Shown one piece after another: positions 51,009-63,062 of a DNA stretch of 64,000 bases. Below the pieces are notes generated by a model that ran no database searches, was not told the DNA's origin, and was given only the letters and a program-made list of their open reading frames with translations. Made by a program: the position numbers and the translations under genes. Every line of letters starts with the position of its first letter. The stretch's first letter is position 1. This DNA comes from Azolla caroliniana (lineage: Eukaryota; Plantae; Polypodiophyta), in the NCBI GenBank assembly GCA_043228905.1, contig JBHGNT010000012.1:806001-870000 (forward strand), written 5' to 3'.

Positions 51009-54000
51009 ATGGAACCTTCGAAGCCCCGCGATTTCAACGACCTCGACTACTGGCAGACCTTCTTCAAAGCCAGAAAAGGCAACGCCTTCGAATGGTATGG
51101 AGACTTCTCGGACTTCGCATCCCTTCTCTCACGCGAGTGTGGATTAGACGTATCGGCCTCTCCTCCTCCTTCTTCTTCTTCGATATCTGGAAATCGTTCT
51201 TTGAGCATTCTAATTCCTGGATGTGGGAACTCGGAACTTTCTTCGAGCCTTTATGATGCTGGTCTCGAGAACATTGTTAACATAGACTTCTCCAAGGATG
51301 TCATTGTGGAGATGATGAAGAAACACCTTCGCCGTCGGCCTCACATGAAGTGGAGAGTTATGGATATGACTGCGATGCAGGTAAGCAAAATCGTGGTGAT
51401 CGAAAATTTCTTTTCTTTCCCCTGCTTTTGACGCATAATGCATTTATTGAAAGAGGTTGTTTATTAGTTTGCATGAAAATCAGTTTTTTTTGCTCTGCAT
51501 ATCACAAATTTACGTAAATAATTAGTTATGTTGTCACGTGCAAAACTTGTATAAGGAACAAATTTTCTCTTTTCTGCACATTATAATTTATGAGTATGCA
51601 TTTAAGTAACACATTTTCTTTTGAAGCTTATAAATCTGCATAATAATCAGGGTTTGTCGTTCGCAACAATATATGTACATAAGAGTCAGTTCGTCTTCTT
51701 CATTTGTGCATATTATGATTTTGCATGAACATCAGTGGGCATAAGAATCAGATGTTCTGTTTCCCTAACTGAAGATGCAGACAATCTAAGGGTTATCAGA
51801 ACGGAAAGTGTTCATAAGTTTTTCTTTCTCTCTTATTGCATACAATGAATTCCTCTCTTATTGCATATAATCAATTTGCACATTATGAATTTGCATAAGA
51901 ATCACACAGACTTTCACACAATGAAAGTGCATAAGAACCAGGCAAAATGATCTTGGAGTGAAGATAAATGAAATAGACATAAAATGGGCTTAATAATGGA
52001 ACTTTGACAAGTAGGATAATAGGAGTTGTGTGAGGCTAGTTAAAGACACATGCTGCACTCAATTGTATGTAGTTTCCAGATGCCTCCTTCGACATTGTTA
52101 TTGATAAAGGTGGCTTAGATGCCCTTCTTGGAGACCCAGGTCAAGAGCAAATCCAAGCTACACGGTTTCTGTCAGAGGTAGAAACAACAATATCTCTATT
52201 GTCTCTTTGCAATGACCCTAAATATTTGCGCACGAGTTTCTCATCATATTCACACATGCAGGTTCAACGGATACTTGTTCAAAAAGGCAAATATATTTGC
52301 ATAACTTTGGCACAATCTCACGTGATTGGTATTTCTAATCAAAAGCCTCATTTCTTCTATAGCTCTCCGATTAATTTATTGCTCTTATTTTTTGGACTGA
52401 TATCTGGTAGAGCTGCTGCTTACAATCTTAAGGCATGGATGGTCTGTGAATATCCATCGGGTTCCACAATCATCCACAACGCCTGGATTCAAACTAAAAC
52501 CATTTTTAGTTGTGGCTACGCGAGATACATCTACTTCTTACTCTTTGGTCTCAATGTCATTTGATCCAGCGAAAGACTTTGCTGATTATGAGGAACAGGT
52601 GAAAAATATGAATACTAGTTGTGTTGAAGCTTGTTATTTAAGAGTGATAAATTATAAGCGGAAGCATATAAACATTCTTTTGATTATGACAATCAATGAA
52701 AGAAGAATCTAGTGTAAGCTCCAGCCTTCAATGATTATATAAGAGTTTTACCACGCTAGTTTGAAACCAATGCCCCGTGTTGTTTATTGTCAGTATGCCA
52801 ATTAATTAGGCATTTAGTATAAGCTCCTGGCTGCAATGATTGTATAAGCGTTTTACCACCAGCTTAGTTTGAAATAAATATCTCATGTTTATTGTCAGTC
52901 TACCTACTGTGCATGCAAAATATGGGATTGATTTAAAAGGGAGGTCTGGCTGAGGGTCTAAAGGGTTCAATCTAGCAGATTTGAGATTCTTAAAATTATC
53001 TGACTATATTTTGAAATAAACTCTTTAGTTTACCGATGATCATTCAATTATGATTGAATATTTTATTGTAGCTTTTTTGGGCGTCTTTTTTTTGCCTTAA
53101 ATTTCTTTTAGAGTACATGCGAGATACTAGAAATATATATCTTTGTCATTCTGAAACATAAAGCAAATGGAATCATGAATGGATGATTCTTATTCGCAAA
53201 AAAATAATCGATTTATATTATTGTCGTTTACTTAAGCATACACATGCTTGAATTTCAGATGCCTTCTCTCCAAACGGTAGTGCAGAAGGAGAATTTGATT
53301 CGAAAACTAATCATAGATGCAAATGCAGACGAGGCTGCATTGACAACTTCATTTGATGCTGTTGTTCCTGGCCGTAGGGTGATTAAAATATTAATAGGAA
53401 AGAATGCATCAAGTTCAAGCTACTCAGCAGTGGTTCTAGATGCACCAGAAGATTACAAAAATTTCCAATATAAATGTGCTGTATTTTTGGTACCGAAGGT
53501 AAATGCTTTTGGATATCCTTGATTAATTTTGCATGGTAACTGTGGGGTTTTGTGTTTATTGATGTTGTTCATATGCAGGGAAGGAGACATGAATGGCTTT
53601 TTTCTTCTACAGAAGGACAATGGCAAGTTGTAGAAAGTGCCAAAACCAATCGGCTCATCATGGTGAGGTGCATTCAATTCAAGTACATATGTCATATATC
53701 TGAAAGTCTTTTTTCTGAGCAAAATCTCTTCGTATTTTTGCAGGTTTTTCTCGATACTGATTTCTTTTCTGGAAGTATGGAAATAATTCAGGTAATGACT
53801 AGAATTTGACTGTACCAGTTTTAGTTTTAGATTCTTTGAAATAAGTACTTTAAAAATTTAAAAGTTACCAACGTCACCGGAAATTTATGTATGAACATAT
53901 AATATGAGATTACAATCAGCAGTATTTTTGTGCATCATGAATAATTTCTATGACATTCTTATTGTCATTGGACAGACGTCTGACTGATACTAAAGCATGC

Positions 54001-57000
54001 ATACTGTACTGTTGTCCATTGAACTTCTGGATTCTGTGTAAACTTCCGTTTTGAAATGTAATATGGTTTTATAAAAGATTATGTGCTTTGAAGTGATCTG
54101 CTATGGTTTATTGTTAAACAAATACCAGTTTTTTATTCCTAAATCTTTCCCTTGGGCATTTCCCTAGAATGATCTTTCACCATTGGTACAAGACCTACTA
54201 CCGGTTGATTGCAAGGCTGGTGTAAGTGTACCGTGAGTATATATAACATTTACATCAATTACGTTTTTTTCCCTTTTCTCAGTTGGATATATTATTCCAT
54301 TTTCTTGTTTTCGTTGGCTGTTATATTAGGTACTTGATGTGCAGTGATGGAGTTCTGAAGAGAGCCATTTTAGAGGAGGTAAAATATGTGTACTCTTATG
54401 AGTTTCAGAATATGCTTTGGTATAATATCCTCTGATTGCAGAGGTGTTGATGCAGGTAGAGTCTTCTTTGACAGGTCCAATCCTCGTTGAAAATATTTCT
54501 CTAGCTGATGAGGACACAGAAGGCCAATGTAAATATTACCGTCGACTTGCTTTCCGTCGGAACCCAAATATGATACAGTCAGAGGCTTTGCTTATAAAAG
54601 TCCCATCCAAAACCCACCAGACAATCAAAGCTGGTAGCAATAAAAAAAAGTCAATAAAAAATACAAGTAACGACACAGATGAACTGTCAGGTTAGATTTT
54701 ATTGAAGCTCAGAGCCAGTAACCTTAATTTATGGTGTTTTGGTTATTGGTTTCTAGGAGTGATACCTTATTACTATTGAGGGGAAGAAAACATCTTTATT
54801 GTCTTGTGTAGCATAGCTTTCTGACTTTGGAGTGCTTGGTGATTGACTGTATGTTATATATATACAGGTGAAGATTTCCTAATAGACCATAGCTTTTTGG
54901 CAAGCCCCTACCATGCTGTAATGATAGCTGGACTATCATTGATTGCATCAAATCTGGAGAGCCAGATTTTAGAACATCAACCGGTATTTAAAGATGCATA
55001 TCCAAGCTGTCCACTGTCTTAAATACAATTTTTTTGGTTCTCAACTTGTGAAAAATGTTTGATTTTTAAGGTTATTGTCTTATTTTTGTAATCAATAATG
55101 TTAATTGCTTTAGTTTCTGGAATTTATTGAAATGATAATAATATACTATTCCTGTTTCATTAAGCTATATATTCTTGATGTGCTTATGTGTGCATTGAGT
55201 CCTTGTGGTCATTCGAAGCAAAATTGGGCAGTTACAGTGTATAGATGATATTTAAACTATTACTCACTCTATCACTGTCTTAATAATTTGATTCTTATTC
55301 ATTTAGATATTTGCCCTCATTTCAGTTTTCTATGCATATGATTATACATGCATTGAGATATATATCCTTGTATTTCTTGACTTGTGGATGTTTCTCTAGC
55401 TGGTTTGGTCTTTGGATGTTCTTGACTTTTATTCATTTCTGTCAGCAGTGTGCTTATTTTCTCGTCTTGACTAATATCAATATTCTATAGGTACGGGCGG
55501 TAATTATTGGACTTGGGGCAGGGCTTCTTCCCATGTTCTTACACAAACACATGCCTTTCCAGAAGATTGAGGTAAGTTGTCTTTGCATGGCTATGATTAC
55601 TTGCCTTTATGAGATTCAAAAGCTCACTGTTTTTCAAGGTACAAGTAGGTCATGGAGCTAGATCCAGTGGTTGGTGGGCTGGCAAAACGTCATTTTGGCT
55701 TTATTGAAGATGAACGCATGAAAGTGAGTTCGCTAATCGTTTTCTTGTTTCTACTTTTGTCTTAAGGATAAATCATACATATTGTGGACTACCATTTTGT
55801 GTGCTTAAAATATTGTTTTAGAAGCGAATTCAGTAATTCTTGCTGAACTATGAATAGATATGACCTTGTTTGCTGTTAGAATTTGCTATATTTAAATCTG
55901 ATACTTTGAAAATATAGCCTCAATATGCTCAATTAAAGGAAAGTTAGGCTTGCTGTAATGCAGCATGCAGTGACATTCTTGATTTGATACTCAATGGGGT
56001 TTTCTTAGTGTTATGATAGCTTAATTGAACTCAAGGCCACTATAGGCAGTTACTTCTTGCTTTTATTTAGCTTGACATTAATGTTTGATGATCTTTTTCT
56101 ACTGCAGCTTTATATAGGCGATGGGCTGACAGTTGTAAATAGAAGCTCCCAAAAAAGTAATGGCATTTCCCAGCCCCTCACTAATGATCAAATAGAGGAC
56201 ATGGACACTCCAATTCATGTGATCATTATTGACGCGGATTCGGATGATCAAAGGTAACTGTTGAAACACATCAATTGCACAAGTATGCTGATTTTTGTGG
56301 ACATATATTTCAACCTGATGGTTGAAATTATTTATTCTTAGCTCTGGTATGAGTTGTCCTCCTGCTGCATTTTTGGAGGAGTCCTTTCTATATGCTGCAA
56401 GGGACAGGCTTGATGAAGGTGGAATGCTGGTGGTTAACATTGTTGCTAGAGCAAAAGCTCCCCATATTACTGTGCCACAAAAACTATTGAAGGTTCTCTC
56501 TCTCTCTCCCCCCCTCTACATGACAAGGCCCCATCTCATATATTGCAATCTGTATCCCATGGATGTTAAAAATACATCTATCTCTCTAACTACATGTTAA
56601 CGTGAACTACTGAGACCATTATGTCATTACTTTTGACTGATAATAGCTCCCACCTCTTACTGTAAACACTGAATGAGCATGAACAAAATGAAAGTATACT
56701 AATATTTGATATAAATGCATCAGTAAGTCATGTCTGGCAGGGAATGCCATCCCACTATGCATGAATCATGATAATCTTTTTAGGACGTCACAAATATGCT
56801 TTAACCAGTTGGCTCATTTACATTCATCACATGTAGAAACTAGATGTAATGCTTATCTTTTTGCTACTGATGATGAAATCAGAGTGGTGTATCCTTTAAT
56901 TGGGAATCCTCGTTGTTCCTCTACTTCTTGCTACTTTTGATTCATTTTTTTTAACAGGAATTTGGTTGTTTCTCATTGTCTATTTTTTTCATTCAATTTC

Positions 57001-57500
57001 TTTGGGATCTTCTGTCGTTTAGTATGTTTTCCAAAGATAGTTCTTCTTATCCTTTTCCAATCCCTTCTGAAATAAACAAAAAACAAGTTTGTAATGTTTA
57101 AGAAGCAAACTAGCTGTTGAGCAGCACAATGTGCAAGACCAGTAAAGGTGATTTCTGCCTTATGTTCTCTTTGAGTTGGACTAGGTTGCTAGAAAGCCTC
57201 GTGTATTGAGATATTTTTGTATAAAAATTTGTTGGTATTATCATGAATGTAAAATTTGTTAAATCATCTTGGATTTTGTTGAAGGTATTTGCCGAAGTTT
57301 ACTCTCTGGAGGTTGAAGATGATGTGAATCGAGTTCTTTTTGCCTTACCTCACTCAAGTGGCATTGATGATAAAGATGATATCTTAAGACTGGCATCAAA
57401 ATTAAAGGAGCTAGCCATGAGTTTTGCACCATGGGATAATGGTCCAAATATTCATGAGCTTGCAGAAAGATTGAAGCGATGTTCGATCCCCATGTTATAA
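51009..57500 (+). CDS. METTL13: eEF1A lysine and N-terminal methyltransferase (dual methyltransferase), ~16 exons
   Basis: Exon 1 51009-51380 (DFNDLDYWQTFF, FEWYG, LIPGCGNSELS, NIDFS, MDMT); FDIVIDKGGLDAL; ITLAQSH; FLVPKGRRHEWLFSSTEGQW; YRRLAFRRNPNMIQSEA; LASPYH; IIGLGAGLLPMFL; ELDPVV; IIIDADS; MSCPPAAF; last exon 57285-57500. Confidence 0.95.
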
Positions 57501-59230
57501 ACTATTCTTTATTTACAGGTTTGGCTTCTAGTCTTTCCGAAGAAAATCTAAGATGGCTTTGTAGATGGACTAAATAGTGAAATGGTTTGCAATGCAGAGG
57601 CAGTGACTCATTACAGGGTCGCAAATTAGGGATATCAGGACCCTGGTGGAGAACCATAAAGGATTTATATGCACGTGTACATCAATTGCAGAACATTGCT
57701 TTTGATTTGCAATGCAGAGGTTCACAAATTAGGCATTTAGGAAGCCTGTGAAGAACCATACAGAATATATATGTGAAGGCCATAGCTTTTGAGGCAATAG
57801 TAATTCAATAGGCATAGATGGAGCGTGGTGGAGAAGAACTACAATTGGCGAGAGGTAGCTTTTGATTTGTAAAAAGATAGGATTTTGGAAGAATGCTTGA
57901 TCGTGTACCAGCTATGATTTTCCCTCAACTGATCTATCGTAGCTCCGGCTATGGCAATTTATAGTTGCCTATCTTTTTCTTTGTTGAGTAATTTTCAATT
58001 TGGAATCCACTTGGATTTTGGAATTCATACAAATGGCATTTTCTACAACATTATGCAAATTTATAAAAATGTGTTATGTTTGTACATTTGTTATGTTATA
58101 GAGATGGGCGGTCAAGGTAAACTTTGTCGTTCCAATAAGACTGACGTGTTTCACAAATACATGTCCCATGAAATTGTAGGTTGCAAGTCAAACCTTAAAC
58201 TTGTGAATCATCACTACCTATTATCTTGAAATGAGATTAAGAATTTATTAAAAAGAAGAGTAAACCATTAGAAAGAGAATGGAAACTAATTAGTGTGAAG
58301 GACAATGAAAAAAGAGGAGGAACTAAAGAATTGGTAATAAAATTCAAGATGTTAATGTTTTCAAGATATAGATGATATGTATTTCATCCATAACTCTCAC
58401 TCAACTTCAGACGAACCTTGTGAATGCATCCAGTGTTGCAGAACTAGGATGATGTATAACACGAGCCACATAACATCCAAGAATATGATTTGACATGTTA
58501 ACTAAGTTTTTTACACCTCCACATCCAAGTTCAAATCCCACCATATGTATATGCATTACTGTAGTAGAAGCCAATGTAGAATGGAGGGATAAATGCATGA
58601 CCTTGTTGCATCAATGAAACACCTAAAAACAACAAACATAGTTGTAGGCCTTAGTGGCAACATATAGCCTTCATCTTGCCATATAAACTCACACTATTAA
58701 TCTTGTACACTGATTCCAAAGCAAACCCAAAAGACTATGTCAAACTAGAATTCTAATGCATAATTGGAAAAACATACATAACTGCATGGAAATGATTAAA
58801 ATATCGCCTCATCAAAGTTCAACATCAATGCATTTTTTCACTAACCATGGTGTCTCTTCCGATTCAACAATTGAAAGGTTTATCTCAACAAAGAAAAGAA
58901 TGAAATCCTACATCCTATTTACTCCAAATATTTCTATTGGAACATAAACATTCTGATATTATTTTTGGGCCACCCCTAAAGAACAAGGCCACAAGACGAC
59001 ATAGACATGGCTTCCCATGTCTCTCACTATCCAGAAGACTTGTGGCCATTTTTTAAAGCCACCACTAAGTTACATTATACATAACACATTTTCTCCAGCA
59101 ATGTATCAAGCCTCCTTCTATAGGATCAGGCTCCAATCCTCCATGGTGATGTCCTCCGAAACTAAGACGTAATGCAAAACATTAGAAGGGTGTATAGAGA
59201 GAGAGAAGAGAGAGAAAGAGAGAGCTCAAA

Positions 59231-59303
59231 TGGATGTAGTTCAGTTGGTAAGGTTGCCCAATGGAGACCAAGGGTGGTCATGGGTTCAACCCCCTACATT
59301 CCA
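59231..59303 (+). mobile_element. tRNA-derived SINE-like head upstream of the PPR gene
   Basis: Homologous to 49985-50054. Confidence 0.7.
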
Positions 59304-59524
59304 CAATGGCATCTAGTGAATTAAGCGATATGTATGGAGTATATAATAGAGAGGTGAGTAAAATTGGGTTTCTAACCCAAGACATATGTAACAACTTACC
59401 AATAGAGTAAGCTAATTACGATAAAAAAAAGATAGAGAGAGTCTTGAGAGAGCACCTGCCTGGGCAAAGCTCTCTTTGTGGAGGAGCAAAAGAGACATAA
59501 TGCTATCAATGTAGACCCATGGCC

Positions 59525-59572
<48 letters not shown>

Positions 59573-59585
59573 TACCAAGGTCCTC

Positions 59586-61742
59586 ATGGGTAGTATGTGT
59601 AGAAAAGCTTCTTTAGAAACATCCCAAGAGAAGAAGAAGAAGAAGAAGCATATAGATATTGTGGCCACCCTAAAACTCTGTGCCAAGCAGAGAGATGTGG
59701 TCAGAGGTATCTCTGTACATGCTTATATCCTCAACAGAGGTTTGCTCCATGAAGATATTTACCTTGGTAGTGCCTTGATAAGCCTGTACATAAGATGTGG
59801 TATGCCTCATGATGCTCAAGATGTTTTCGATAGTCTTCCATGCCATGATCTTGCCACTTGGAATGCTCTCATTGGTGGATATGCCCGGCTTGGCCATGGC
59901 GAATCTGCATTGAATTGTTACGAACGTTTGCGACAAAATGAAGAGAAATTCTCTCCCAATGAAGTCACCCTTCTTTGCGTGTTGAATGCATGCGGTGGGA
60001 TAGGAGCTTTGTATAAGGGTCAAGAAGTGCATGGTGAGATCTGTAGACGCGGATTTCTTCGTACAAATGCTTTGCTTGGTAGTGCATTGGTGGACATGTA
60101 TGGTAAATGTGGCATGCTTTCACTAACCAATGAAGTGTTTGATCAGATTTCTGATCGAAATGTGGTCACTTGGAATGCATTGATTACAGGGTATGCCCAA
60201 CATGGTCATGATGAGAAAGCAATCATGTGCTTTCAACAAATGAAACAAGAGGGATTCTTCCCTAGTGACGTAACATTTGTTTGTATATTGAAAGCATGTG
60301 GAAACATGGGATCAGATAATACAGGTAAAGAAATACATGCTGAGATTTCTAAACGAGGGTTGTTGAAGACAAATATTGTAGTAGGTACTTCAATGGTGGA
60401 TATGTATGCCAAGTGTGGAATCTTGGTAAAAGCTCAAGAAATATTTGATGCACTTGTGGTAAGGGATGTGACCTCATGGAATGTATTGATTTCTGGATAT
60501 GCCCAACATTGCTATCATGAAGAAGCATTGAGCCTCTTTGAAGAGATGAAAAAGCAAGGTTTCTCTCCAGATGCAGTGACAACCATTAGCATTTTGAAAT
60601 CATGTGGCAAACTACAAGCATATCAGAAAGGAAAAGATATACATAGTGAGATTATGAAAGATGGATCAGTAGGCATGAATGTTTTGGTTGGTGTAGCTCT
60701 GGTGGACATGTATGTGAAAAGTGGTGAATTACATCTAGCAAAGGGTGTGTTTGATGAGATCAAAAACCATAATGCAGTCTCCTGGAACACAATGGTGGGA
60801 GGATATGTCAAACAAGGACATGGAGAGGAAGCATTGGTATGTTTTAAGCAAATGCTTCATGAGGCTCTCTCTCCTGATCAGGTCACATGTATATGCACTT
60901 TGAGAGCATGTGGAAGCATAGGAGCACTTGATAAGGGAAAAGAAATACACATTCTTATTCTTGTTGAAGGACTTCTTAAACGAGAGCCCCTTGTTGGTAT
61001 TGCATTATTGGATATGTATGCAAAATGTGGGGAATATGCAAAAGCACACAAAGTGTTTGATCAACTTGATGTCCGAAATGTGGTCGCTTGGAATGCATTG
61101 ATGGCAGGATATGCACAATTTGGCAAAGATTCCATTGTTCTTAAACTATTAAATAGAATGGTAGGTGAAGATATAGAACCAAACACAATTACTTTCATTA
61201 TTGTGTTGAATGCATGTAGCAATTCTGGCCTTGTAGATAAGGGTGAAATGGTCTATGATGCAATGCATAGAGATTATGGTATTATACCCAGTAAGGAACA
61301 ATATACATGTATGGTTGATCTTTTTGGTCGGGCAGGCCAGTTGGGAAAGGCAATTCAAGTAATCCAAATGATGCCATCTCTTGATTATCTCCCAATGTGG
61401 ACTTCACTATTAGATGCATGTCGAAAATGGGGAGATATCCCACTAGGGCAATTTGCCTTTGAGTATGCAATGAAGTTGGATGAAAACTCCACGGGGATGT
61501 ATCTTTGCATGCATAACATGCATAGAATTGATACTACCATGCCCGAGAATGTAAATAACATTGACACTTTTGAGACTAAAACATGTGGCATTAAAATAAG
61601 TACCAATATGAAGCCCTTTCAAAGTCGCAAAGATAAGTGCAAATTTACCACTGCCTCGTCATCTGACATGATTCAAACTATTAGAACTTCAAACCTCATT
61701 CAACAAACAAAACCAAAACAATTGATGTCAACAAAAACCTAG
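59586..61742 (+). CDS. Intronless PLS-class pentatricopeptide repeat protein (718 aa), E-like region, no DYW domain
   Basis: Repeated triplets (ALVDMYxKCG; WNALIxGYAQxG; TFVCILKACG); YTCMVDLFGRAG; WTSLLDACRKWG; C-terminus diverges without an HxE/CxxC deaminase motif. Confidence 0.92.
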   Translation: MGSMCRKASLETSQEKKKKKKHIDIVATLKLCAKQRDVVRGISVHAYILNRGLLHEDIYLGSALISLYIRCGMPHDAQDVFDSLPCHDLATWNALIGGYARLGHGESALNCYERLRQNEEKFSPNEVTLLCVLNACGGIGALYKGQEVHGEICRRGFLRTNALLGSALVDMYGKCGMLSLTNEVFDQISDRNVVTWNALITGYAQHGHDEKAIMCFQQMKQEGFFPSDVTFVCILKACGNMGSDNTGKEIHAEISKRGLLKTNIVVGTSMVDMYAKCGILVKAQEIFDALVVRDVTSWNVLISGYAQHCYHEEALSLFEEMKKQGFSPDAVTTISILKSCGKLQAYQKGKDIHSEIMKDGSVGMNVLVGVALVDMYVKSGELHLAKGVFDEIKNHNAVSWNTMVGGYVKQGHGEEALVCFKQMLHEALSPDQVTCICTLRACGSIGALDKGKEIHILILVEGLLKREPLVGIALLDMYAKCGEYAKAHKVFDQLDVRNVVAWNALMAGYAQFGKDSIVLKLLNRMVGEDIEPNTITFIIVLNACSNSGLVDKGEMVYDAMHRDYGIIPSKEQYTCMVDLFGRAGQLGKAIQVIQMMPSLDYLPMWTSLLDACRKWGDIPLGQFAFEYAMKLDENSTGMYLCMHNMHRIDTTMPENVNNIDTFETKTCGIKISTNMKPFQSRKDKCKFTTASSSDMIQTIRTSNLIQQTKPKQLMSTKT

Positions 61743-62437
61743 AGATTTTCTCATGCAGTTGGTCATTGTAAATGTAATACCAAAACAATGGGAAGATTTC
61801 TACACTTTTAGTCACGCAGATAAGTGGAATCCACTTGGATTTTGGAACACGTATCAAGTTGGTGAATTGCAGTTCACATAACTGGCATTTCCTTAATGGA
61901 TTTTATGTGTGTCTACAAATTGGGTGAGTGTAAGGAGATGTGAAGCAAGAAAACAATTGCATTAATGGAGATGGGCACTCGATAGTGAATATTTGAAGAT
62001 ATTTTTCAATGTCCATTGAAAAACAATATCTTCCCAATAAAAACTCCTTTCAGATAATAATATTGAATGAACACCTTTGCTATTGACCACTGATGTGATT
62101 TAATAGATTGTTGGATATACCTGACACTGGTACAATGATGCTAACAGATGATGCAAATGATTTGCCAAGTATATATGATCCAGTTTGACAAAATATGATC
62201 CCATGCAAAGGATAATTAAGGCTATTAGCCACTGTTGGTCTTGCAATGTCCATTGATAATTAAGGCTGTTAGCCACTTCTGGGCTTGGTGGAGGGGTTCA
62301 GCTGTTGTTTTATGGCAATTGATTCCCTCATTATAGGAGGATATATGCGCATGATAATGTATGAGATCTATCATGTTGAAATCAACATGACCTGACCTTA
62401 AAAAACAAGCAAAATATGTTTATGAATCCTTTGCACA

Positions 62438-62809
62438 AGAAATCTGATCAAACACTTCATTAGTTAGCCACATTGACCATACATGTCCACCAATGCACAA
62501 CCAAGCAAAGCATTTGTACGAAGAAATCCATGTTACAGATCTCACCATGCACTTGGCCCTTATACAAAGCTCCTATCCCACCTTTTGCGTTCAACACGCA
62601 AAGAAGGGTGACTTGGTTAGGAGAGAGATTCTCTTCGCTTTGTCGCAAATGTTCGTAACAATTCAATGCAGATTCGCCATGGCCAAGCCGGGCATATCCA
62701 CCGATTAGAGCATTCCAAGTGGCAAGATCATGGCATGGGAGACTATCGAAAACATTTTGAGCATCATGAGGCATACCATATCTTATGTGCAGGCTAATCA
62801 AGGCACTAC
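62438..62809 (-). pseudogene. Inverted partial copy of the PPR 5' coding region (59767-60152), frameshifted
   Basis: About 90% identical reverse complement with a ~50-nt perfect run; SALISLHIRYGMPHDAQNVFDSLPCHDLATWNALIGGYARLGHGES. Confidence 0.93.
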
Positions 62810-63062
62810 ATTTAGGGTTTGCCTTACGGCTTTGCAAGGAGTGCGGGTCGGTATACCGCTCGAATACGAAGCGTGTCCACTCTTGATAGCAATGGGACCC
62901 CCCCGAACCCATTACTATCGCAGATGTAACTAGGACTTCCTGGGATGTCACCCATCCCAATATTGTTTTGGCTCAAGCACGCTTAACTTGCAATGCTTGA
63001 AGCATCCAAACAACACGTAGTTGTATGCTCGCCTGAGTTTTCTATGCCAACAACACGTAGAT
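62810..63062 (-). mobile_element. 5S rRNA-derived, Cassandra-like fragment
   Basis: Minus strand 62988-62932 AGTTAAGCGTGCTTGAGCCAAAACAATATTGGGATGGGTGACATCCCAGGAAGTCCT versus plant 5S AGTTAAGCGTGCTTGGGCGAGAGTAGTACTAGGATGGGTGACCTCCTGGGAAGTCCT; boxes A and C retained; the 5' third of 5S is missing, as in Cassandra LTRs. Confidence 0.8.

Noticed and set aside
62810-62820. Telomerase-RNA template (AAACCCTAAA, minus strand)
   Set aside because: A single motif at a rearrangement junction, with no USE/TATA type-3 promoter or other telomerase RNA structure visible.
62460-62960. 166-aa 5S-PPR chimeric ORF as a protein gene
   Set aside because: Starts at TTG within the 5S-like segment and frameshifts inside the PPR part.
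62932-63007. Functional 5S rRNA gene
   Set aside because: Only the internal control region matches; the 5' third is missing and there is no array or adjacent terminator.
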